This document shows positions 1-11,900 of a stretch of DNA of 64,000 nt, piece after piece. The first letter of the stretch is position 1. Each line of letters begins with the position of its first letter. The notes under the pieces were generated by a model. It saw only the letters and a list, made by a program, of their open reading frames with translations. It had not been told where the DNA came from and ran no database searches. Both the position numbers and the translations under genes were made by a program. Origin of the DNA: Antedon mediterranea (Eukaryota; Animalia; Echinodermata); assembly GCF_964355755.1 (NCBI RefSeq), contig NC_092674.1:8308001-8372000 (forward strand), given 5' to 3'.

Positions 1-460
1 CGCAAAAATCTGCGCACTCATGGCAATTTTGTAAACGCTTAAAATTGCCTGAAACGTACTCTTATTTCATCGAAAATAAATTTTGAAAATTTTAAGCGCG
101 CGTACGCATGCGTTACATGCGCTACGCACGTAATTGTATTGCCATATGATGATTTATGCCTTGAAATTTATGAGTACCAAATTTTATTTAATTGTGATTC
201 ATGGTTGTTAAGATATGATTACAAACGTGATTTCGTTAAATCGTGCGTAGACCGCGTAATTTTTTATTGCGCACCGTGAAAACATAACCACATCGATTCC
301 TGGCCATAAGGAATATTCTGTGAAAAATTGACTTAGCTAGATTAAACTGATATCAAGATAAGGTCATAAAGCGATAAAACGCATAGTGATACCGGACCGA
401 CAGACAGACAGACAGACCGACAGACAGACAGACAGACCGACCGACCGACTTAGTGAACTA
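1..460 (+). mobile_element. 3' part of a non-autonomous interspersed repeat with a (GACA/GACC)n microsatellite (Helentron-associated/HINE-like)
   Basis: A (gaca)n/(gacc)n tract at 393-449 is followed by 'ttagtgaacta'. This layout resembles HINE/DINE-like elements of invertebrates. The 5' end lies outside the window. Confidence 0.45.
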
Positions 461-2284
461 GTGACCACGTTAAGCAAAAGCACTGTGTGTAAAGTTTATT
501 TCTTTATGTCCAGTTACAGTTTTAAAGAAAATTGCATGATAATGTGGGCCTGTTTTGTTTTTTGTTTGTTTTTGGAATGTACAAACATATTGGTAAAACA
601 CTCGTTTGATGTTGAAGCTAACCAGGACCTGCAGTGAATACAGTGTGCCTTTGAGCGTTAAGCGTAAATATCCGTAATAAACTTATTTCCCAAGATATGT
701 TTTTATTTATTAACACGACTTAAACTATTTATTTTACAATAACATGAACGTTCCTTTAAAAACGTTGTTGTTTTCTTTTCAAAGTACTGTATATAGAGAA
801 GTTACGAAGACAACGTTATTATTGGTCACTTTCAACGAAATGCAAAATAATAACATATTTTTTTTTAACACAGACCTGAAATTTTGGTTTGTTTTACAGA
901 AATGTTTAATAACCAATTTATCTTAAATTGGTTGCCATCCATTTTAATATTAACGTAACAAATTTTATTTTGCAATTTACAACTGTTCTGTTTATTAGAA
1001 AAGACGATTATTTTCTATTCTATTTTTATAATTACAGTACGGACAAATCGAATTTATTGAGTTTAGACATAATTTGGAAAAAAATGTATTCAACATTTTT
1101 TGTATTGTATTAGTTGAATAATGTGTATGTTTAGTTTGTTTTCGGAATGGATTGCTAGTAGGAACCTATGTACATTTAAAATTATCAATCTTGTTATATT
1201 TATCTTATTACCTTATTGTCCAGCACTGTATTTTGGTTTGTCGGTCTGTATGTATGTTCCACTTGTTCAGTGTTAACAATAACAACACTTTAGAAGGTAG
1301 GCCTACATTATGCCTGTATTTTGTATTTTTGTAAACGACTCCTTTAAATTACAAATAACAAAATAGATCACACGTAAAAACGTCATTACCTTTTGAACAT
1401 TATTCTTTGTGAAAATAAAATGATACCGAAAACAAAGAACTTGGTAAAATGTATTTTATTACCTGAAATTAAAAGCGGCACAGTACACGGATTTGCAAAG
1501 TCGAGCTGAGACGCCAATATAATGAGTGTAGTGTTTGAAATTTACAATTTTTAATTTGCATAGGACTTGCATTCGCTTTTTCGTTGTATTAATCAAGGTT
1601 TGATTCAATTTTATTTTATTATTAATTTAAACTGATACACCGTTAATGAGAATTTGGTCTTGATTGGAAAGATAGATCAATATAAGAAAGTATTTAGCTT
1701 GACAAAATGGCTTGAGGAAGAGGAGAAAGCATAAGAAAATGGATCTGCTGGCGAGCAAGAAACAGAGATTTGTGCCATAAAATGATCACCAACATCATAC
1801 GGCACGTAGACATACAGATCATAGACATACAGATACACTGTTAATGAGATACCTTATCTGCGTAATTTGCTACTAATTTAATATAACATCACACAAATTG
1901 AGTCCGCATACACAGTAATACAGTTTAAATTCGTGCGTTGATGAACCCGCAAAGTAGGTCCATCACGGACGAATCTTGTATATAATATTGATTAGACAAC
2001 TCATTAAGAGAACAAATCGAAAAATGCTCATTATCGAAAATAATATTAGTTAAGGAAGCACAAATGCGTAATGGACACACAACAAATTTAAATTCCACTA
2101 ATGTCAATTCCAAAAACAATTATGTTATAGGACAATGTTCGTAATTACGTATTTTCTTCTGCCAGTGATGATGAACTTCAAAGCACTGAACAATTCAACA
2201 AGCAGTGATTGTGATCACGTGCTTGTCACCTGATTACCAGCATTTCTCAACTGATCATTTAATCACAAGATAATTATTTGTTAA

Positions 2285-2830
2285 AGATGTATTGTCCCTT
2301 GAAACACCAAAAAATGAAGGTCAAAATATTCTAAATTTAAATTGGCCATATCAAAGTAATATTAAAGTTATTCACTTTAAGTCGAAAATTCGAGCCAAAA
2401 GCAACAAGTTTACGTAATTAACAGGTAAATTAGTTTGATTACATTTCGTTTGGAAAATAGTCGCGAGCGAAAGTAAACAAAGATTTCAAACCACGAGTAC
2501 GCATTATGGATATGCTAATTAGGATTATTTACAACTCGTCACGGTTGAGAAGGTATTTTCACACAGATCATGAGGAAGTTTTATGATTATGCATACAGAG
2601 TAGCCAAACAAGCGTGTTTCATTATGGGGTATGTTTTGATCGAAAACTTTGACTGGAAGTCAGAGTTATTTATTTAACAAAAAAACATCTGTATTTCAGT
2701 TAAATGATTTTTTTTTCGACAAATTTTTGGTGATAGTTAATAACTATTATGATACTTCAAAATGACCGACCTTTTTTCGAAATCTGTTATTTTTTATTTT
2801 TTTGGAATTAGTCAAAGGGACAATACATCT
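2285..2830. mobile_element. Kolobok-like MITE
   Basis: 16-bp TIR AGATGTATTGTCCCTT at both ends, flanked by TTAA (2281-2284 and 2831-2834). AG termini with a TTAA target fit Kolobok. Confidence 0.75.
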
Positions 2831-3427
2831 TTAATGTTTAAAATAATATGAAATGATTTTGTTCAAAGCCGAGCATCGCTCTACTTTTCGAAACAAATGA
2901 AAAGAAATTAGAACGATTTTTAACCATCAAGTCTGTACAATATATTTAAACAACTTCAAATTTCTTTTGATCTGCGAAAAAAAAGTGTATGTTTCCTCCA
3001 ACTAAAGACACCTCCAATAAAGATTTAACTGAAAAACTAAAAACGAACCATGGTCTTTAATTGGAGGTAGAGCGAAATGTGAATAAAATGTGAATTAGTT
3101 TAGGTAACTGCTGCAAAAAAAAAAAAAAGCGGTGGGTAGTTCAGGAAATGTTTTCATTCACCAATGTTGATTAGCAGTAACTTCAGGCCAATCTGAATCT
3201 TCAGGCAACATCTTGTTGAATAACCATTTGAAAAATGCATAGCAATAAGATGGTATTGTTTGTGTAGCATTTGGCTATGCAACACTCACTGTAACTAGAG
3301 GATGATCTTCCATTTATCAATAAAGTTTGTTCTCACTGTAGCTTCAAACACAACAAACCAGGCAACTTAATGCCTTATCATCAATGTCCACATCTTCCTC
3401 AAATTAAAACCAATCTATCGTTCTTTA

Positions 3428-5870
3428 TTATTTACCAAATATATTTGGTTTGTGTACAAATTCTTGTGCAACGACATACTGTTTATGAGCAATGTACATG
3501 CCAACTACAAATTGAAAAAAGGCCAAACTGATAAACTGCGACTTGAAGAAGCGGCTCTTTTCTGACCAGAACTTCATCTGTTTTAGAAAAACCTCTTTGC
3601 TGAACCCAACTTTTGGAATATCCACAGTTTTGTACCGAAGCGCTATTGAAGCGACAAGTGGAATAGATACAAAACAAGGATATAGTAAGCCTATAAATAT
3701 GACAGAACAAAAAGTATTTTAATCGTTGAAAGTAATTGTCATTGGCTCTCAATCCATTGTTCAACTAACACCGTATGTTACAGATTTTACAGGCAATGCC
3801 ACATGCACTCAATGTCAACATTTCTTTTTCTCTTTTGTGGCGTGGACCACCACCACCTTTATTCTTTCATAATTAAATACATTACAAATAATCAGTAATA
3901 TCTGTCTTCATATGTTCTTTCTTTATAATTAAATTTGTTTCCTCCTTTTTTTCCCATTAATTTCCTATATTTTTCTTTGTATTATTCTGCTCAAAAACAA
4001 AAACAAATATCGACATTAACACTGTTATAAAAATTTCAAAAGACAATACTAACCAAACGTAACATTCAGCGCAGCCCCACGCATCTGAGCACAAATATCG
4101 CATGATAAATCACCTTCAACAATTGGTTTAGCAACATACATGGTCCACATAGGAAGAATGCTAATTGCCGGAATAACAACCATTGGAAGACTTGTAAATA
4201 GCAACAACTTCCGAACCTTCAACATCCGGCGAAAATATGAGTTAGAAACAAGTCCTACCAATCCTGCATTTATTGAAATTCCCAGTATACCCGTGTTAAA
4301 TGGCCAACTTTGAAAAACAAAAGAAATTATCCTTTTTAAAATAGCTGTGGGTTCTATTTTAAACAATAAAGGAAATAATTTGCGATATTTTCGACAAAAC
4401 ATGCACTTCTTCCACTAAACATATTCACTGTCTTACAGTTGTATGTATTGTACAGTATTTAGACTTTGAACACTCTCTAGACTTGGAAAAACTTGTACTG
4501 TATAGAGCAGTCTGCCCACTTTCTAGTTTGATAAGTGTCTTCACTTTGCCCATTCCCACTGGGAATGGCTATGCTCAATTTTTTTTGGACTTCTGTACAA
4601 TGTCATTAAATGTCAATTGACTTCTCCACATAGTGGCATTATTATACTCCTCAACTGTGAACCTAGAAAGGCTGATGAAACTTCTACATACAGTAAGTAT
4701 TATTTAGTACATAGTTCTGACATTAGATTTCTGCAGTGTCCTTATTTCTGGATAGTGATCTATACTTTAGACTTTGGCAGTGTCTGTAGACTTTTAAACA
4801 GTGCTGTAGAATTTGACAGTGTCTGTAGACTTTTACAGTGTCTGCAGTCTTTTATAGTGTCTGTACACTTTGACTGTAGTCATAATGTTTCTGTAGTATT
4901 TCAGTGTCTGTAGGCCTATACTTTTAAATTGTCTGCAGCCTTTACTGCGTCTGTAGTCTTTTACACAGTCTCTCTCTCTCAGTGTCTGTACTGTTTGACA
5001 GTGTCTGTAATATTTAACAGTGTCTGTAGACTTTTAGACAGTGTCTGCAGTCTAATTAGTGTCTAGACTTTTACAGTTTCTGTAGACTTTTACAGTGTCT
5101 TTAGACTTTTACACAGTGTCTCTCTGTAGTCTTTGACAGTGTCTGTAATATGTTACAGTGTCTGTAATATTTGACAGTGTCCGTAGACTTTAAAACAGTG
5201 TCTGTACACTTTTACAGAGTTTCTTTAGTCTTACAGTGTCTGTAGACTTCTACAGTTTCTGTAATATTTTACAGTGTCTGTAGCAGTATTTAACAGTGTC
5301 TGTAGACTTCTACAGTTTCTGTAATATTTTACAGTGTCTGTAGCAGTATTTAACAGTGTATGTAGACTTTAAAACAGTTTCTGTAGACTTTAAAACAGTT
5401 TCTGTAGACTTTTACACAGTGAGTGTCTATAGACTTTTACACAGTGTATGTAGTCTTTACGTTACATTGTAGAAGACGTTTACAGTGTGCATACTTTTAT
5501 AGTATCTGTAGACTTCACAGATGTCTATACTTTTACACACTGTCTGTAGTAGTAGACACTGTCGGTGTCTGTAGACTTTTACAGTGCCAATGGACAAATA
5601 CAATTTCTTGAATATTGAAACTTACTGTCTGTATACTTAGAGTGTGTCTGTACAGTATTTTACATTGAATGTGTCAGTAGACCTTTGTAGTGTATGTAGA
5701 ACTCCACAGTGTCCTTTCTTATTGCAGTTCATGGTATACTGTACAGTGCAACAAGTTAAAATGAAAATTAAATGAAATAATACGTACCCTTTGCCATCTT
5801 TTCGTTTTTGAAGTTTAAGAATTATTCGTTCAAAGCTTGGAAGTTCTTTATCTGGCTTTAATGAATCCAT
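3428..5870 (-). CDS. TMEM126: Transmembrane protein 126-like (mitochondrial inner membrane, complex I assembly family), 199 aa
   Basis: Coding exons 5870-5788, 4307-4054 and 3690-3428 are all GT-AG and join in frame (600 nt). The protein has GLVSNSYFRRMLKV, TSLPMVVIP, GDLSCDICAQMRGA and GLLYP..LRYKTVDIP, which match the TMEM126 family pattern. An acceptor directly precedes the ATG. A probable non-coding exon 1 ends at 7262 (GTAAGT donor). Confidence 0.88.
4750..5720. repeat. Degenerate ~20-bp minisatellite (ACAGTGTCTGTAGACTTTT) in a TMEM126 intron
   Basis: Dozens of imperfect copies of acagtgtctgtagactttt or acagtgtctgtaatattt. Confidence 0.9.
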
Positions 5871-5917
5871 TCTGAAAAAAGAATTAAGTATGAAAATACA
5901 ATACTGAATTCATTTCT

Positions 5918-6362
5918 GGGTGCCAGTTCCCTTTCGCACCTGCCTTGTATTTTGGTTTTAAACTAACTTTATCGTGAATACAACACCTCAGAATTAGGCC
6001 TCAAGTACTTTTATGAAGGAGAATCAGGGACAAAATATATTGATAATTAAAATTCAACATGATTTTTACACAAAAATGCATTAAATATACCTGTATGGAT
6101 TGTTTTACCCTCTATTGATATTGCTCTTTTCCATAGAAATAAAAATATTGAGTATGCAAAATTCGCGAACAGTGTGCGAGAAAACGTCTGTAAAGTCATC
6201 AAGTTTAGTTAAATGATTTATTTGTTACTTATGTGATTCCAATCTTCTTCATAATACTAGGCCTAGGTCTAGTACTAATTCTATGTGGTATTTAAGATAA
6301 AGGTAATTAACAAATTTGGCTCCAGTTAAAATACAAGCCAGTGCGAAAGGGAACTAGCACCC
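5918..6362. mobile_element. MITE with ~35-bp TIRs
   Basis: Left end gggtgccagttccctttcgcacctgccttgtatttt matches the reverse complement of the right end gggtgctagttccctttcgcactggcttgtatttt. Flanks atttct/ttttct may be a TSD. Confidence 0.7.
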
Positions 6363-6479
6363 TTTTCTGTTTATATGCTTAGCTAGGTAGCCTAGTAGTA
6401 GTAGACAGTTTAGGCGGCATATTAGCATTTTGCGACCACAAACTCAAAATAAAATAATACTAGGCCTACTAGGCCTGGC

Positions 6480-7091
6480 GGTTTACAGCCGAAACGGCCG
6501 CCGACTGAAACGGTCGCCAATTAAAACACAATTGAATGTATGAAACGCCGCGTGGGCGGTTTGTCATACAACGTGTAATCAAAACGACGTGTGGTTTAAT
6601 TTTACTTTTTTTCAGATTGAAATGACTTTAGACGTATGTGACTTAATAAATATTAATTAACAGATAGATGTTTTTAATTATTTATGTATTATTATGTTTA
6701 TCGTATAATAATGAATGTTGTGTAAACATAGTTGGGTTTTTTATATATTTTTTAAATGTAGGCCTAGGGCCTTAGATACAGTAACTAAAAGTGTAAGGAA
6801 AAGAATTAAAATTGGACAAAATACAGTATTTGTTTGAATACGTTAAATAAATTTAGAATGGTGAATTATTATAATAAACATTATTTTAATAAAAACTTAA
6901 CTAAAAAATACGTTTATTCTTTGATTTTATTCTTAAACATATATGGCTATTTGTTCCTCCATCGTGGTTTCATAGGCTTTACTACTGTACGTTTATAATA
7001 CTGCATTGGCTTGTTGTAGCTGCGGCGGTATTGGCGTCCCATAGAAAATGTTGGCGGCCGTTTCAGTCGGCGGCCGTTTCGATCACTGGCC
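6480..7091. mobile_element. MULE-like MITE
   Basis: TIR core cgaaacggccgccgactgaaacgg(t/c)cgccaa at both ends. The 9-bp flanks aggcctggc/tggcctggc match at 8 of 9 positions. Confidence 0.7.
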
Positions 7092-7261
7092 TGGCCTGGC
7101 CCCCTGGGGCCTAGCCTAGGCCCTAGGCCTAACTTTGTACGGATTCCCCTTTGTACTATGTAGCCTAGCCGCTAGCTGGATTTAATAAATCAACCAACAC
7201 AAAGTATTATAAGGTACATTAGCAAGACATGTTCCTATATTGTTTATGTAGGCCTACTTAC

Positions 7262-7380
7262 TTAATTAATGTTTTTTTTTTATAAAAACATAATTTTATC
7301 TGAGTAACGAGCAACGTGACTTTTTCACAAGAGCACGCCGCCAATCTGTCAACAAACAGAGCAGCTATGTACACGTAAGT
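7262..7380. promoter_or_regulatory. Probable bidirectional promoter and first exons of TMEM126 (minus) and SYCE1-like (plus)
   Basis: Outward-facing GTAAGT donors at 7261 (minus) and 7375 (plus) are ~115 bp apart. Between them is a CpG-containing core (caacgtgac, cacgccgcc), with TAGGCC tracts on both sides. Confidence 0.55.
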
Positions 7381-7891
7381 CTATTTGGACTCAGTAATAT
7401 AATAACATTAGTATTCAGAATAAATTTCCTTGTAAATAGTCACCATAATAATAACTATATGTCGGTCGTCAATCATCGAGAGGAACTCGACGCGGCGAAA
7501 TTTAAAAAACGGAGAAAGACAATTTGAATTTATAATTCATTTGTAAATTCTGTAGGTTTTGTTAAATACAATCCCTATGTTATAATATAACTACTCCATC
7601 ATGTATTTAGGCCATGCGTTTAAGCCTAACTAGCTAGGCCAGGCTAGCTAGGCCTAGTAGCTAGCTAAGCCTAATAATAAGCACAGAAACAGGCTAGCCT
7701 AGCTAGGCTAGTTAGGCCTAGCCAACTGAGTGTAGGCCTAGGTAGGCTAGTTAGGCCTACTAAAGGGAGTAAGGCTTTTTATTTAGTAATTTAGACCTAG
7801 GGGCCTAGGCTAGGCGGCCTAAATTATAGTATTAGTAGGGATAGACAGGTGTTGCCGGTTGTGGTAGTGATAGAGAAAGAGGAGGGGATTT

Positions 7892-8575
7892 CTGTCACGA
7901 CAAATATGGTCCAGGGCCAAAATCGGTCCGGTCGGACCAGTTTTGGCTCTAAATTAGTGGCCAAAAGCAGTCTGCCACTGCCAAATTCGGTCCGGATTAT
8001 TCTTCTATCAATTTTAATTAAATTACTAGGCCTACGATATGTTTTAAGTTGTTATATGACTAGAAAAATATCCCATGATATACCTAGGCCCCTATTATAT
8101 GTAAGTTATCTTGTCGGATAAATACTATAAATAAATGTATTTTATCTAAAAACATGACTTAGTCAGATTTCAGCCTACCACACACTCGCATGAACGAGAC
8201 CCTGATATTGCCAACAAGATTTTATTTTATGATTGAGTCCTTTTTTATTCCTGGCCTAATCAATATTGGTATAGGCCTAGGCCTAATTGGTTTATAATGT
8301 TTGTATTGAATTAATTTATTGATTGTAACCATCAATCGATAATGAATTGAAATTTTTTTTTCCATGGGGAAATGAAGATTTTAAAACAAAAGAACAAAGT
8401 GGATTAAAAACAGATATATTGTACACAAAAAGCCTATATAAAAAAACAAAAGAACTAATTATTGATGAGTTGCTACTAATAATGATAATCAAAAAACTTT
8501 TGGCAGCCATAAATGCTCCCTCAGACGGATTTTGGCAACAAAAACTGGTCCGCCGGACCGATTTTGGTGTGACAG
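7892..8575. mobile_element. TIR element (MITE) with subterminal GGTCCG..GGACC repeats
   Basis: Ends ctgtcac..aaa..ggtcc and ggaccgattttggtgtgacag are inverted. The motif aaatcggtccgg(t)cggaccagtttt is repeated. No clear TSD. Confidence 0.65.
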
Positions 8576-8945
8576 GCCTGTTTGACACTGCTGCTATCCC
8601 CTAGCAGCCTAGACCTACTGTATAGTTTAGGCTCTAGCCGATGAATATAGTAGGGATATTTCTGCATACAATACAGGCATAATTTGCTTTAATATTACCT
8701 GGTAATATACAAACAATTTTATTTCCAAATTATTTACAAAGTTTTACTTTTTTTACAGTTTTTAGAACTAGGCCTAGGCCTAGATTCATTTTCAGTCACT
8801 AGGCCTAGATTTGTCCAGCAGATTGAAGCTAGTTTGAATGATTATAACTTTTCTGATGTTCTATTAGTCTAGAAACGGAAAGATCATTCAAATTGATACA
8901 AGATCTATCACCTTATTAACTGATTTGTTCATGACAGAGTTGACA

Positions 8946-11900
8946 ATGGCCGATGGTGCAATCTTTAAGTTAGATGTCATCTACAACAGTATCAAAGATT
9001 CTCAAGCCGGTTGGTATTCATAATATGTAATTTTGAAAATTATAGACAGTTACTTGAATCATAATTATAACTAATTCCAAGTAAGACCAAATGAAAAAAA
9101 AAAGTTTGTTTCACATCCCCTCCCTCATCAAATTTTATGAGGTCCCGTTTATCGTGGTTGTCAAACATTTCAAATGGTGTAAGACTCTAACAGCAACTGA
9201 ACTTTTGGACTATCATTCTCATTTCTTTTTTATTTGACCTATTCAACAGGAAAGATGGTTAAATAATTGTTTATTATTACTGTTTTATATGAATAATAAC
9301 ATTTAAATTTAATTATGTATTCAAAGATATTAGAAGAGAAGGGGAAAATCAATAAAGCATTGACTAAGTAATTACCATATTTATTGTGTAAGCCCTCTCA
9401 CAAATAGTACTCTATGAATAAATTGTTTTATCATATTTGTTTGAAAGGTTATTTTAGGGCAAGTTTACACCATGAATTGCTTGACAGTTCACTTACGTTA
9501 TCAATGCCTAGTAATTTACATTGCATTAGTAATTATTGACTAATAGAGCAGACATGACAATTCTCCAATCATGGTCTCCCTCTCACTCACAAACTCTACA
9601 TTCTGGAAAAATTATTTTTTGTCAAATAGAAAATTTAATTGTGTATAATAAGGGTTTTATTTGTACCTCCTGACCCCTCTTTGTCTCACTTTTAGGGTGT
9701 TGTTAAATCTTGAGGCAAAAATTATATATTGGGTTAAATCTCCTCTGTGTGTGTGTTTTTGTTTTGTGTGGTTTTTTTTTTGCAGTATTACAATACACAG
9801 CTAACAAAGTAAATTTGTTTCTAACTATTTAGAAAAAACTCAAAATGAAGAAAGACTCGCTGAAGCAAGAAAAACTCGGTTAAATCTGGAACACCAATTT
9901 GAATCTGGTAAAAAAACTACCGACCATATCTACAAATCTAATCATTTTAATTAACTTCTTCCTTCCAGCAAAAATACATAGATAAAATACCTCCTTTTAC
10001 AAGGAAATTTATTTCATTTAATAATGTAATTTCCATAAATATTGTTCAGTAGGCTTCCAATATTATTGATTGCCTTTTTTTATAAAGTCTCCTATTCCCA
10101 GAGGTCTGAATTTACAATGTGAACAGTTATAGTGTCATAACCATCATTCTAATAAATGAACTATATATTCATGCCCTATAACTATTATCCTACTCTAGAT
10201 TATTTCAGAGATTATTGCAATCAATGCAATGCAATAAAGAATGATTTCTTTGAGTATAAAACATTTCAATTTTTTTTCTGGTTTATTCTAGTGGCTAGCA
10301 AGCATACACAACTACTGGAAATTCATAATCAAATGCAAAAAACTTCTAAAGTTGGTCAGTATAAAGTCGCACAAACACAGTCTCAAATAAACAGGTATGA
10401 ACAGAACATGTGTAATGGTTAGGGTTTTGGATTTTGAGAAAAGTTTTAAAATACAGTACTGCACGAAAAAAGGGAAAAATGTTTAAGTTAAAAGGGTAAA
10501 AGCCGAAGTCGATGCCAGTCCTTGAACTGCAATTAGTGCTCACCAGTTTCTCCTTGGTCAACAAAATTAAATGAATGGGTCTTAAATAAAGTTTACTTTC
10601 ACAACTTTCATTTTAATGCAAAGGATCATTATTCAAATTAAAACAATCTTAATGTAACTCTTGTAACAACTTTTAAAGTCTCAATTTGTCAGTGGACCAA
10701 TTTAGATTAAAATGTATTGTTTCAAATTGTCAGCATTTTGATAAAGAGTTATCTATATTTATTTTACTTTAAAACCTAGATATTAATTTTATTCCTTACA
10801 GCAAATTCAATTAACCCGAAGAACTTCAATTAACCTAAAAAGTTTAATCACAAAATTTAAGTACATTTTAGGCAATGCTTTTGGGCTTTAAGCAACTAGA
10901 TTTCTTTGAAATTTTTTTAGAGTTATCTCCCAATATAATCAGACTAAATTCCATAAGGGGTCTTTTAATTTTCTGCATTACATGGATTGTTATTCAGAAA
11001 AGATTAAATTCAAAGCTTATTTATAGTATGAAGCCAATTTCGGAAAATATGAAATTGGCAATTTTTGAATGAATGTTTATCTCAGTGGGACAAGGTAACC
11101 TATATACCTTATACTCGTTATTATTCATAATTCTACCCAATGCAATTTACTCTTCTCGTTCCTTGTGGGCTTTTATTCTTGTTATTTCTTTCATTTTACA
11201 TCTTCTACTCAATATGCAAATTATATGGTAATTATCTATTTGAATTATTTCCTTTGGCATTTGATTGATTAAATAATTTTATATGACATGTCCTATATTT
11301 TGCTTTATGTTTGGAATAAGAGGCTAAAAGACGTAGTTGAGATATATGGTGACAGCATGCATAATTGTGCTTGTGGGAGGTATATAAGGCTACTTAGCCT
11401 AATTTCTACCACCCCAGCCTTGTTTCATTCCATTACCCACCCTAAGATTAAAAGCATCTTTGTTCACCCATGCTAAAATCATCCTAAAAATAGAAGCCTT
11501 TTTGTGAGCCGTAGTATTAAAAAATAGACAATTGAACATTAATTAATCTTCATTCTCTTATTTTCACTTAACAAATTTTTGAAAATATATTTAGTATTCT
11601 GACCTCATACGATTTGTACTATCTGCCTGTAAAAGTCTATTTCGGTTTATTAAGATAATTTCCATGTACTTTACTGCTCTTTTGTATCAACAATGACAGC
11701 CAGGAAGTAATAAATAAAGAGATACAAGATAAGTTGAAGAAACTTGAAAATTTGATTGAGAAAGAGCAGAACAGTCAACAGTTTCAGAGGTACTGTAATA
11801 TAACAGCCAATCAACTCCTACCTGTATGAGATTATTACTAACATCATTTTTCTGTGTAATTATAAACCCCTTTTGAATAATAGTTCAAGCCTGTGGCTTC

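Noticed and set aside
386-637. ORF beginning with DRQT repeats
   Set aside because: It is a translation of the GACA microsatellite.
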